From NCBI RefSeq assembly GCF_963921235.1, contig NC_086108.1, positions 115,632,001 to 115,696,000 on the forward strand: a DNA stretch of 64,000 bases, given 5' to 3'. The notes beneath the pieces are model-generated. The model was not told the origin of the DNA, searched no databases, and saw nothing but the letters and a program-made list of their open reading frames with translations. This document shows, piece by piece, positions 30,001 through 41,135 of this stretch (positions are counted from its first letter, which is position 1; every line of letters begins with the position of its first letter). The translations under genes and the position numbers were made by a program. The DNA comes from Mobula hypostoma. Lineage: Eukaryota.

Positions 30001-33000
30001 GCACGTTCCCCCGTGACCGTGTGGCGTTTGCACGTTCCCACTCTGACCGTGTGGAGTTTGCACGTTCTCCCTGTGACCGTGGAATTTACACATTCCGCCT
30101 GTGACCGTGGAATTTGCACGTTCTCCCTGTGACCGTGTTGTGTTTGCACGTTCCCCCTGTGACTGTGTGGAGTTTACACGTTCTCCCTGTGTCTTTATGG
30201 AGATTACACGTTCTGCCTGTGACTGTGTGGAGTTTATAGGTTCTCCCTGTGACTGTGTGGGATTTGCACACTCTCACTGTGACCGTGTGGTGTTTGCACG
30301 CTCTCACTGTGACCTTATGGCGTTTGCACACTCTACCTGAGACCGTGTGGAGTTTACATGTCCTCCCTGTAACCGTGTGGAGTTTGCACGTTCTACCTGT
30401 GACCGTAGAATTTACACATTCTGCCTGTGACTGTGTCGAGTTTACACGTTCTATCTGTGATTGTGTGGAGTTTACACGTTCTGTCTGTGATTGTGTGGAG
30501 TTTGCAGGTTCTCCCTGTGACCGTGTGGAGTTTACATGTTCTGTCTGTAATTGTGTGGAGTTTACACATTCTCCCTGTGACCGTTTGGGGTTTGCACGCT
30601 CTCGCTGTGACCGTGTGGAGTTTACACGTTCTCCCTGTGATCGTGTGGGGTTTGCACGCTCTCGTTCTGACCTTGTGGAGTTTGCTCATTCTCCCTGTGA
30701 CCGTGTAGGATTTGCACGTTCTCCCTGTGATCGTGTGGGGTTTACACGTTCCTTCTGTGACCGTGTGGAGTTTGCTCGTTCTCCCTGTGTCTTTATGGAG
30801 TTTACAACTTCTTTGCGTTTCCGTGTGGAGCTTACACATTCTCTGTGTGTCCGTATGGAGTTTACACGTTCTCTCTGTGTCCGTGTGCAGTTTACACGTT
30901 CTCCCTGTGACTGTGTCGAGTTTGCACGTTCTCCCTGTGCCCGTGTCGAGTTTGCACGTTCTGTGACCGTCAAGTTTGCACGTTCCCCCTGTGACCGTGT
31001 GGGGTTTGCATGTTCCCCCTGTGACCGGGTGGAGTTTGCACGTTCTCCCTGTGTCTTTATGGAGTTTACATGTTCTCTCTGAGTCCGTGTGGAGTGTACA
31101 CATTCTCTCTGTGTCCGTGTGGAGTTTACACTTTCACTGTGTGTCCTTGTGCATTTTCCACATTCTCCCTGTGACTGTGTGGTGTTTACACGCTTTCCAT
31201 GTGACTGTGGAGTTTACACATTCGTCCCATGACCGTGTCGAGTTCACACGCTCTCACTGTGACCGTGTGGTGTTTGCACGGTCTGGCCGTGACCGTGTGG
31301 CGTTTGCACATTCCCCATGTGACCGTCTGGCGTTTGCTCGTTCCCCCGAGGCCGTGTGGCGTTTGCACGTTCCCCCTGTGACCTTGTGGCATTTGCACAT
31401 TCCCCCTGTGACCGTGTGGAGTTTGCAAGTTCTCCCTGTTACCGTGGAATTTACACGTTCTCCCTGTGACTCTGTCGAGTTTACAGGTACTATCTGTGAT
31501 TGTGTGGTGTTCACACGTTCTGTATGTGATTGTGTGGAGTTTACACGTTCTTCCTGTGTCTTTATGAAGATTACACGTTCTCCCTGTGACCATGTGGTGT
31601 TTGCAGGTTCTCCCTGTGACCGTGTGGAGTTTACACGTTCTGTCTGTAATTGTGTGGAGTTTATAGGTTCTCCCTGTGACTGTGTGGGATTTGCACACTC
31701 TCACTGTGACCGTGTGGTGTTTGCACGCTCTCACTGTGACCTTATGGCGTTTGCACACTCTACCTGAGACCGTGTGGAGTTTACATGTCCTCCCTGTAAC
31801 CGTGTGGAGTTTGCACGTTCTACCTGTGACCGTAGAATTTACACATTCTGCCTGTGACTGTGTCGAGTTTACACGTTCTATCTGTGATTGTGTGGAGTTT
31901 ACACGTTCTGTCTGTGATTGTGTGGAGTTTGCAGGTTCTCCCTGTGACCGTGTGGAGTTTACATGTTCTGTCTGTAATTGTGTGGAGTTTACACATTCTC
32001 CCTGTGACCGTTTGGGGTTTGCACGCTCTCGCTGTGACCGTGTGGAGTTTACACGTTCTCCCTGTGATCGTGTGGGGTTTGCACGCTCTCGTTCTGACCT
32101 TGTGGAGTTTGCTCATTCTCCCTGTGACCGTGTAGGATTTGCACATTCTCCCTGTGATCGTGTGGAGTTTACGAGTCCTCCCTGTAACCATGTGGAGTTT
32201 GCACGTTCCCCCGTGACCGTGGAATTTACACATCATGTCTGTGACTGCGTGGAGTTTGCACGTTCTCCCTGTGACTGCGTGGTTTACACGTTCTTCCCGT
32301 GACCGTGTGGAGTTAGCATGTTCCCTGTGTGACCGTGTGGCTTTTGCACGTTCCCGCTCTGACCGTGTGGAGTTTGCACGTTCTCCCTGTGACTGTGGAA
32401 TTTACACGTTCCACCTGTGACCGTGGAATTTGCACGTTCCCCCTGTGACCGTGTTGCGTTTGCACGTTCCCCCTGTGACTGTGTGGAGTTTACATGTTCT
32501 GCCTGTGTCTTTATGGAGATTACACGTTCTATCTGTGACCATGTGGAGTTTACACGTTCTGTCTGTGACCGTGTGGAGTTTGCACGTTCTCCTTGTGTCT
32601 CTATGGAGATTACACATTCCCCCTGTGACCATGTGGAGTTTGCACGTTCCGCCTGTGACCGTGTCGAATTTACACATTCTATCTGTGACCGTCGAGTTTG
32701 CACGTTCTCCCTGTGACTGCGTGGAATTTGCACGTTCTCCCTGCGACCGTGTGGAGATTGCACGTTCCCCCTGTGACCGTGTTGCGTTTGCACATTCCCC
32801 CTGTGACTGTGTGGAGTTTACATGTTCTCCCTGTGTCTTTATGGAGATTACACTTTCTGCATGTGACTGTGTCGAGATTACACGTTCTATCTGTGACCAT
32901 GTGGAGTTTACACATTCTGTCTGTGACCGTGTGGAGTTTGCACGTTCTCTTTGTGTCTCTATGGAGATTACACGTTCCCCCTATGACCATGTGGAGTTTG

Positions 33001-36000
33001 CACGTTCTCCCTGTGACTGTGTGGAATTTGCACGTTCCCCCTGCGACCGTGTGGAGTTTACACGTTCCCCCTGCGACCGTGTGGGGTTTGCACGTTCTCC
33101 CTGCGACCGTGTGGGGTTTGCACGTTTCCCCTGTGACCGTGTGGGGTTTGCATGTTCCCCCTATGACCGGGTGGAGTTTGCACGTTCTCCCTGTGTCTTT
33201 ATGGAGTTTACACGTTCTCTCTGTGTCCGTGTGGAGTTTATACTTTCACTGTGTGTCCTTGTGCATTTTCCACATTCTCCCTGTGACTGTGTGGTGTTTA
33301 CACGCTTTCCATGTGACTGTGGAGTTTACACGTTTGTCCCGTGACCGTGTCGTGTTTGCACGCTCTCACTGTGACCGTGTGGTGTTTGCACGGTCTGTCC
33401 GTGACCCTGTGGAGTTTGCGCGCTCTTGCCGTGACCGTGTGGTGTTTACACTCTCCCCCTGTGACTTTGTGGTGTTTGCACGTTCCCCATGTGACCGTCT
33501 GACGTTTGCTCGTTCCCCCGAGGCCGTGTGGCGTTTGCATGGTCCCCCCGAGACTGTGTGGCATTTGAACGTTCTCCCTGTGACTGTGTCGAGTTTACAC
33601 GTTCTATCTGTGATTGTGTGGAGTTTATACGTTTTGTCTGTGATTGTGTGGAATTTACACGTTCTTCCCTGTGTCTTCATGGAGATTACACGCTCTCGCT
33701 GTGACCGTGTGGGGATTGCTCGCTCTCACTGTGACCTTGTGTAGTTTGCTCGTTTTCCCTGTGACTGTGCAGGATTTGCACGATCTACCTGTGACCGTGT
33801 GGAGCTTACACGTTCTCCCTGTGACTGAGCAGTGTTTGCACATTCCCCCTGTGACCGTGTGGGGTTTGCACGTTCCTCCTGTGACCGTGTGGAGTTTGCT
33901 CGTTCTCCCTGTGTCTTTATGGAGTTTACACCTTCTCTGCGTGTCCGTGTGGAGCTTACACGTTCTCTGCGTGTCCGTGTGGAGTTTACATGTTCTCTCT
34001 GTGTCCATGTGCAGTTTACACATTCTCCCTGTGACCGTGTGGAGTTTGCACGTTCACACTGTGACCGTGTCGAGTTTGCACGTTCTCCCTGTGACCGTGT
34101 GGGCTTTATACGTTCTCACTGCGACTGCGTGTAGATTGCACGTTCTCACTTTGACCGTATGGCGTATGCACATTCCCCCTGTGACCGTATGGCATTTGCA
34201 CGTTCCCCCTGTGACCTTGTGGCATTTTCACATTACCCCTGTGACCGTGTGGAGTTTGCACGTTCCCCCTGTGACCTTGTGGCGTTTGCACGTTCCCCCT
34301 GTGACCTTGTGGCGTTTGCATGTTCCCCCTGTGACCGTGTGGAGTTTGCAAGTTCTCCCTGTTACCGTGGAATTTACACGTTCTCCCTGTTACCGTGGAA
34401 TTTACATGTTCTCCCTGTGACTCTGTCGCGTTTACACGTTCTATCTGTGATTGTGTGGTGTTTGCAGGTTCTCCCTGTGACCGTGTGGAGTTTACACATT
34501 CTGTCTGTAATTGTGTGGAGTTTATAGTTTCTCCCTGTGACTGTGCGGGATTTGCATACTCTCACTGTGACCGTGTGGGGTTTGCACGCTCTCACTGTGC
34601 CCATGTAGGATTTGCACACTTTACCTGAGACCGTGTGGAGTTTACATGTCCTCCCTGTGACCGTGTGGTGTTTGCAGGTTCTCCCTGTGACCGTGTGGAG
34701 TTTACACATTCTGTCTGTAATTGTGTGGAGTTTATAGTTTCTCCCTGTGACTGTGCGGGATTTGCATACTCTCACTGTGACCGTGTGGGGTTTGCACGCT
34801 CTCACTGTGCCCATGTAGGATTTGCACACTTTACCTGAGACCGTGTGGAGTTTACATGTCCTCCCTGTAACCGTGTGGAGTTTGCACGTTCTCCTTGTGA
34901 CTGTGTGGAGTTTACATGTTCTGTCTGTAATTGTGTGGAGTTTACACATTCTCCCTGTGACCGTTTGGGGTTTGCACGCTCTCGCTGTGACCGTGTGGAG
35001 TTTACACGTTCTCCCTGTGACCATGTGAGGTTTGCATGCTCTCGCTCTGACCTTGTGGAGTTTGCTCATTCTCCCTGTGACCGTGTAGGATTTGCACATT
35101 CTCCCTGTGATCGTGTGGAGTTTACGAGTCCTCCCTGTGACCATGTGGAGTTTGCACGTTCCCCCGTGACCGTGGAATTTACACGTTCTGTCTGTGACCG
35201 TGGAGTTTGCATGTTCTCCCTGTGACTGCGTGGTTTACACGTTCTTCCCGTGACCGTGTGGAGTTAGCATGTTCTCTGTGTGACCGTGTGGAGTTTGGAT
35301 GTTCCCCCGTGACTGTAGAATTTACACGTTCTGTCTGTGTCCGTGGAATTTACACATCATGTCTGTGACTGCGTGGAGTTTGCACATTCTCCCTGTGACT
35401 GCGTGGTTTACATGTTCGTCCCGTGACTGTGTGGAGTTAGCATGTTCTCTGTGTGACCGTGTGGCATTGGCACATTCCCCCTGTGACCGTGTGGCATTTG
35501 CACATTCCCCCTGTTGCCATGTGGAGTTTGCAAGATCTCCCTGTTGCCATGGAATTTACACGTTCTCCCTGTTACTGTGGAATTTACATATCCTGCCAGT
35601 GACTTTGTCGAGTTTACACGTTCTATTTGTGATTCTGCGGTGTTTACACGTTCTGTCTGAGATTGTGTGATTTACACGTTCTCCCTGTGTCTTTATGGAG
35701 ATTACAAGTTCTGCCTGTGACCGTGCCGAGTTAGCATGTTCTCCCTGTGACCGTGTGGAGTTAGTATGTTCTCCCTGTGACCGTGTGGAGTTTGCATGCT
35801 CTCGTTGTTACTGTGTCGATTTTGCACGTTCTCCCTGTGACGGTGTCGAGTTTGCATGTTCACACTGTGACCGTGTCCAGTTTGCACGTTCTCCCTGTGA
35901 CCGTGTGGGCTTTATACGTTCTCATTGTGACTGCATGTAGATTGTACCTTCTCACTTTGACCGTATGGTGTTTGCACGTTCCCCCTGTGATCTTGTGGCG

Positions 36001-37668
36001 TTTGCACGTTCCCCCGTGACCTTGTGGCATTTGCACATTCCCCCTGAGACCGTGTGGAGTTTGCAAGTTCTCCCTGTGACCGTGTGGAGTTTACATGTTC
36101 TGTCTGTAATTGTGTGGAGTTTACAGGTTCTCCCTGTGACTGTGTGGGATTTGCACACTTTCACTGTGACCGTGTGGGGTTTGCATGCTCTCACTGTGCC
36201 CGTGTAGGATTTGCACACTCTACCTGAGACCGTGTGGAGTTTACATGTCCTCCCTGTAACCGTGTGGAGTTTGCACGTTCTCCCTGTGACCGTGGAATTT
36301 ACACGTTCTGCCTGTAACTGTGTCGAGTTTACACGTTCTATCTGTGATTGTGTGGAGTTTACACGTTCTGTCTGTGATTGTGTGGAGTTTACACGTTCTC
36401 CCTGTGTCTTTATGGAGATTACATGTTCTCCCTGTGATCTTGTGGTGTTTGCAGGTTCTCCCTGTGACCGTGTGGAGTTTACATGTTCTGTCTGTAATTG
36501 TGTGGAGTTTACACATTCTCCCTGTGACCATTTGGGGTTTGCACACTCTCGCTGTGACCGTGTGGAGTTTACACGTTCTCCCTGTGACCACGTGGGGTTT
36601 GCATGCTCTCGCTCTGACCTTGTGGAGTTTGCTCATTCTCCCTGTGACCGTGTAGGATTTGCACGTTCTCCCTGTGATCGTGTGGAGTTTACGAGTCCTC
36701 CCTGTGACCATGTGGAGTTTGCACGTTCCCCTGTGACCGTGGAATTTACATGTTCTGTCTGTGACCGTGGAATTTACACATCATGTCTGTGACTGCGTGG
36801 AGTTTGCACGTTCTCCCTGTGACTGCGTGGTTTACACGTTCTTCCCGTGACGTGTGGAGTTAGCATGTTCTCTGTGTGACCGTGTGGAGTTTGGACGTTT
36901 CCCCTGTGACCGTGTGGCGTTTGCACATTCCCCCGTGACCGTGTGGCATTTGCATGTTCCCCCTGTTGCCATGTGGAGTTTGCAAGATCTCCCTGTTGCC
37001 ATGGAATTTACACGTTCTCCCTGTTACTGTGGAATTTACACGTTCTGCCTGTGACTTTGTCGAGTTTACACGTTCTGCCTGTGACCGTGTCGAGTTAGCA
37101 CGTTCTCCCTGTGACCGTGTTGAGTTTGCACGTTCTCCCTGTGACCGTGTCAAGTTTGCATGCTCTCGCTGTGACCGTGTCGAGTTAGCACGTTCTCCCT
37201 GTGACCGTGTGGACTTCATACGCTCTCACTGTGACTGCGTGTAGTTTGCACGTTCTCACTTTGACTTCGTGGAGTTTACACGTTCTCACCGTGACTTTGT
37301 GGTGTTTACACGCTCTCTGTGTGACTGTGGAGTTTACACGTTCTGACTGTGACCATGTGGAGTTCGCACGCTCTTGCCGTGACTGTGTGGCTTTTGTATG
37401 CTCTTGCTGTGACCGTATGGTGTTTACACGTTCGCCCCGTGACCGTGTGGTGTTTGCACGCTCCTCTTGTGACCTTATGGCATTTGCACGTTCCCCCTGT
37501 GACCGTGTGGCGTTTGCACATTCCCCCTGTGACCGTGTGGCGTTTGCACATTCCCCGTGACCGTGTGGCGTTTGCACATTCCCCGTGAGACCATGCGGCC
37601 TTTGCACGTTCCCCTTGAGACTGTGTGGCCTTTGTACATTCCCCCTGTGACCGTGTGGAGTTTCCCCT
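1..37668 (+). repeat. 30-bp tandem satellite, consensus GTGTGGAGTTTGCACGTTCTCCCTGTGACC, with higher-order repeats; truncated by the left window edge
   Basis: Head-to-tail 30-bp units are directly visible (28/29/31-bp indel variants are common). All are in one orientation and I saw no foreign insertions. ORF-track peptides recur at offsets of 3306, 4374, 5528 and 11545 bp. Confidence 0.98.
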
Positions 37669-37790
37669 GTGTTTGATCCTGACCTCTGGCACTGTGTGCT
37701 GCAGTTTGTAATGTCTCCCTGTGACAGGATGACTTTTCCCCAGCTGCTCCAATTCCTCCCCCAGCCTAAAGAGATGGATCAGTTGGTCTG
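37669..37790 (+). mobile_element. Degraded V-SINE (HE1-like) remnant abutting the satellite
   Basis: B-box-like GTTTGATCCT, followed by gacctctggcactgtgtgctgcagtttgtaatgtctccctgtgac...ttttcccagctgctccaattcctcccccagcctaaagagatg, which is colinear with the recalled V-domain consensus. Confidence 0.7.
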
Positions 37791-37922
37791 TTGTTATGCT
37801 GAGTGATTCTGAAACAAGAGGTATTAAGTTCCAGTTGAGGACAGGAGTTTGTGATGTGGAGGATTTATGTTCGTTACCATGGTGACTGAGAGACCGCGAT
37901 ACACAAACCTCACTCCACTCAC

Positions 37923-37979
37923 CTTTCGTCATGCTCTTGATCTTCCCGAGCGGTGATGGAACGGAGACGTAGGAGCCGT
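37923..37979 (-). CDS. Internal coding exon (57 nt, symmetric) of an unidentified minus-strand gene; likely peptide (D)GSYVSVPSPLGKIKSMTK
   Basis: Acceptor cctcctctctcttgcag| and donor aaag|gtgagt. Length is divisible by 3, the sequence is CpG-rich and non-repetitive, and 14 of 18 codons end in G/C in this frame. Confidence 0.7.
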
Positions 37980-38189
37980 CTGCAAGAGAGAGGAGGCTGG
38001 TTTTACACCAAATGCATGGACTCAAATAGTCCACTCAGCCTGACTCCTCCATCCCCACCTCTCCTCCCTCCATTAAACTCGGAAAAGTGCAGGATGTGTT
38101 CAGAACCGGAGGGCTTGGACATCCGTCCTATAGTTGGGTAACCAGAACTGTGCGCAGTGCTCCAGGAACTTTAGCCCTTTACCCCTTCT

Positions 38190-38400
38190 ACCTATCCCCT
38201 CCCAACTTCTTCCTTCATCCCCTTTCCCCCACCCACCCACCTTACCACTCCTCTGGCATCACCTATCATCTGCCAACTTGTCCTCTTCCCTTCCACCCAC
38301 CATGTTAGTCTGGCCTCTGCCTCTGTCCTCTCCAGTCCAGATGAAGGGTCTTGACCTAAACTTCGACTGTTTATTCCTCTCCACAGATGCTGCCTGATCT
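38190..38400 (+). mobile_element. Penelope-like element terminal fragment
   Basis: CT-rich tract, then cagtccagatgaagggtcttgacctaaacttcgactg...agatgctgcctg, which is the reverse complement of the ends of the Penelope copies at 39681 and 61742. Confidence 0.7.
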
Positions 38401-38449
38401 GTATTTTGTGTGGTTGCATTCCTGACTATGTGCTCTACCTGAGCATGAT

Positions 38450-38762
38450 AAGTAAAAGCATCCGTTAGTCTTGCGAGACCATGGATCTGCGCCTGGAAAG
38501 TCTTCACTCTCCAGGGCGCAGGCCTGGGCAAGGTTGTATGGAAGACCAGCAGTTGTCCATGCTGCAAGTCTCCCCTCTCCACGACACCAATGTTGTCCAA
38601 GGGAAGGGCATTAGGACCCATACAGCTTGGCACCAGTGTTGTCGCAGAACAATGTGTGGTTAAGTGCCTTGATCAAGGACACAACACGTTGCCTCAGCCA
38701 AGGCTCGAACTCACGACCTTCAGGTCACTAGTCCAATGCTTAACCACTTGTCCACGTGTCCA
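38450..38762 (-). mobile_element. tRNA-derived SINE with CORE-like domain
   Basis: The minus strand reads A box TGGACAAGTGG, B box GAGTTCGAGCC, then gtgtccttgatcaaggcacttaacc, which resembles the CORE/MIR motif. Confidence 0.75.
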
Positions 38763-38951
38763 CTACCTCAGCATGAAGCCTTTGGGTTTCACAACATTGT
38801 ACCACATCTCTTGCCTCACTTTGCTCAAATGTCTTTATCCCCCTGTCCAGACTGGATACCTCCACATTGTCCTGCATTGTACTCCATCTGCAAGGCCTCC
38901 TCCACTCATCAAACTGGCCCTGGTCCCACCGTTGGTTCTGCTTGTCAGAGT

Positions 38952-39440
38952 AACACACACAGAACTCAGCTGGTCAGGCAGCATCAATGGAGAGGAGCAA
39001 CAGAGCAAGTTTTGGGCAGAGACCCTTTATCAGGACTTGAAAGGAAGGGGACAGAAGGTGGGGGTAGGGGAAGAAATGCAAGCTGGCAGGCAAGGGGATA
39101 GGTAGGAATGTGGGGAAGGAGGATTGAGTAAGAAGCTGGGAGAAGTAAAGGGTGGAAGAAGGAATCTGATAGGAGTGGAGAGTAGACCATGGGAGAAGGT
39201 GAAGGAGAGGGGGCATCAGAGGCCGATGAGGAGAGAAGGGTTGAGAGGGAAAGCAAAATGGGGAATGGAAAAACAGAGAAGGGAGAGAGGGAGAAATGAC
39301 CAGAAAGCCATGTTTAGGCCATCAGTTTGCAGGCTGCCCAGATGGGTGCTGTTCCTCTGACCAGAGAGTAGCCCCACTGTGGCTGACACATTGGAATGAG
39401 AATGGGGAGTGGAATTAAGATGGGTGCCACAGGGAAATCC
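38952..39440 (-). mobile_element. Degraded Penelope-like fragment
   Basis: Colinear with 39681-40190. ORF 39216..39569 retains THLNSTPHSHS and HLGSLQTDGLN from the GIY-YIG C-terminus. Confidence 0.8.
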
Positions 39441-39680
39441 CATAACAATAGATGCATTATTGCAAGTGGCCAACTTTCCTGGATCCTGTAGAGAGATGGC
39501 ACTGGATTGGAAAGCACCATGCTTCAGGAATGACAGGGCAAGGTAAGCTGGAATCTGTCGAGCAGTCACTCTAACATTGGAATGATGGAACCTACCGTGC
39601 AGCAGCTAATAATGGACCGCTGCGAAGATCATGGGGCAATTGAGCAGTCACTAGGTGGAATTGAAATAAAACCGTGTTTA

Positions 39681-40650
39681 ACAACACACACAAAATGCTG
39701 GAGGAACTCGGCAGGCCAGGCAGCATCTATGGAAAAGAGTACAGTCGACATTTCTGGCCAAAACCCTCTGGCAGGACTGATGACAAAAGGCTGAGGAGTA
39801 CATTTGAAAGATGGGGAGAGGGGAGAGAACCACCAGGTAACAGGGTGAAACCAGGAGGGGGAGGGATGAAGTACAGAGCTGGGAAGTTGATTGATGAAAG
39901 AGACAGAAGGCCAAGGAAGAAAGAAAAAGGGAGGAGCAGCACCAGAGTGAGGTGATAGGGTGAGAGAGGGAAAAGAGGATGGGAAATGGTGAACAGGGGG
40001 AGGGTGGAGGCATTACTGGAAGTCTGAAGAATGGATGTTCGTGCCATCAGGTGGGAGGCTACCCAAACTGAATACAAGGTATTTCTCCTCCAATCTAAGT
40101 GTGGCCTCATCACAACGGTGGAGGAGGCCATGGATGGACATATCGGAATGGGAATGAGAAGTGGAATTAAAATGGGTGGCCACTGGGAGATCCTGCTTGT
40201 TCTGGCGGACGGAGTGTAGATGCTCGGTGAAGTGGTCTCTCAATATACGTCGGGTCTCACCGATGTACAGGAGGCCACACTGGGAGCACCGAACACAGTA
40301 AATGACCCCAACAGACTCACAGGTGAAGTGTCGCCTTACCTGGAAGGACTGTTTAGGGCCCTGCATGGTAGTGAGGGAGGAGGTGTAGGGACAGGTGTAG
40401 CACTTGTTCTGCTTGCAAGGATAAGTGCCAGGAGGGAGATCAGTGGGGAGGGACAAATGGATGAGAGTCGCATAGGGAGCGATCCCTGTGGAAAGCAGAA
40501 AGTGGGGGGAGGGAAAGATGTGTTTGGTGGTGGGATCCCATTAGAGGTGGCGAAAGTTTCAGAGAATTATTTGCTAGATGCGGAAGCTGGTAGGGTGGGA
40601 GGTGAGGACAAGAGGAACCCTGTCCCTGGTAGGGTGGCGGGAGGATGGGG
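39681..40650 (-). mobile_element. Penelope-like retroelement, 5'-truncated
   Basis: Terminal acacacacaaaatgctggaggaactc, a purine-rich tract and a GIY-YIG coding remnant. An upstream frameshifted RVPLVLTSHP motif is also present. Confidence 0.92.
40013..40456 (-). pseudogene. Penelope GIY-YIG endonuclease remnant with upstream Cys motif
   Basis: CKQNKCYTC...HFTCESVGVIYCVRCSQCGLLYIGETRRILRDHFTEH...PVATHFNS...RLEE...GSLPPDGTN. Confidence 0.9.
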
Positions 40651-40659
40651 TTTAATAAG

Positions 40660-41135
40660 TTAGCTACCTCTTTGAGGATGTACCAGGAGGACCAGTAGAT
40701 GTAATGTATCTGGGTTTCCAGAAGGCACTGAATAAAGTGCTCTGTAATGGGTTGCTCACAAGATATTAGCGCAGTTTGTTGGCATGGACAGGCAGCTGGT
40801 GAATTAACGGGAAAGAGATGGTGGGGATAATTGGGGCATTGTTGGGTGGCAGTGGAGTGTCTCGGGCCTGGGGCCTCAATCAGTGAGTTGGATGAAAGGA
40901 CCGGAAGGGGAATCTGAGGTGGAAATTCCTCTCTCAGAGGTGGTGAGAGTATGGAACAAGTTGTCAGTGGAAGGGCTGGATGTGGGTTTGATTTTAACAT
41001 CGAAGAGAAGTTGGGATAAGTATGTGGATGGGAGGGATATGGAGGGCTATGGTCCAGGTGCAGGTTGATGGGAATAACAGTTCAGCATGGAATAGATGGG
41101 CTGAAGGGCCTGTTTCTGTGCTGTGGTGCTCTATG
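40660..41135 (+). mobile_element. CR1-type LINE fragments (RT piece plus 3' end)
   Basis: VDVMYLGFQKALNKV resembles VDVVYLDFQKAFDKV. The tail reads gggctgaagggcctgtttctgtgctgt. Confidence 0.75.

Noticed and set aside
1700..37400. V(D)J recombination signal-like CACTGTG heptamers with GGTGTTTGC nonamer-like words (heptamer also in the 42-44-kb array)
   Set aside because: The spacer is 7 or 37 bp rather than 12 or 23, the nonamer match is poor, and there are no V/J segments.
51..37607. Hundreds of Cys/His-rich ORFs suggesting zinc-finger, keratin-associated or metallothionein-like proteins
   Set aside because: They are translations of a 30-bp unit in five frames with frequent frameshifts. There is no 84-bp C2H2 period and no CxxC...HxxxH spacing.
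1..37668. CRISPR-like array (about 30-bp repeats)
   Set aside because: Units are contiguous with no unique spacers, there are no cas genes, and the context is vertebrate.
1..37668. Calling the array a centromere
   Set aside because: The HOR-like structure is suggestive, but sequence alone cannot show this and the array seems to be intronic. CENP-A or cytogenetic data would be needed.
38690..38762. Possible tRNA gene on the minus strand
   Set aside because: The A/B boxes continue into a CORE-like SINE body and I could not find a full acceptor stem; it is a SINE head.
40013..40456. Stand-alone GIY-YIG nuclease gene
   Set aside because: It is embedded in a truncated Penelope copy with upstream frameshifts and stops, and paralogous relics lie at 39.3 and 62.2 kb.
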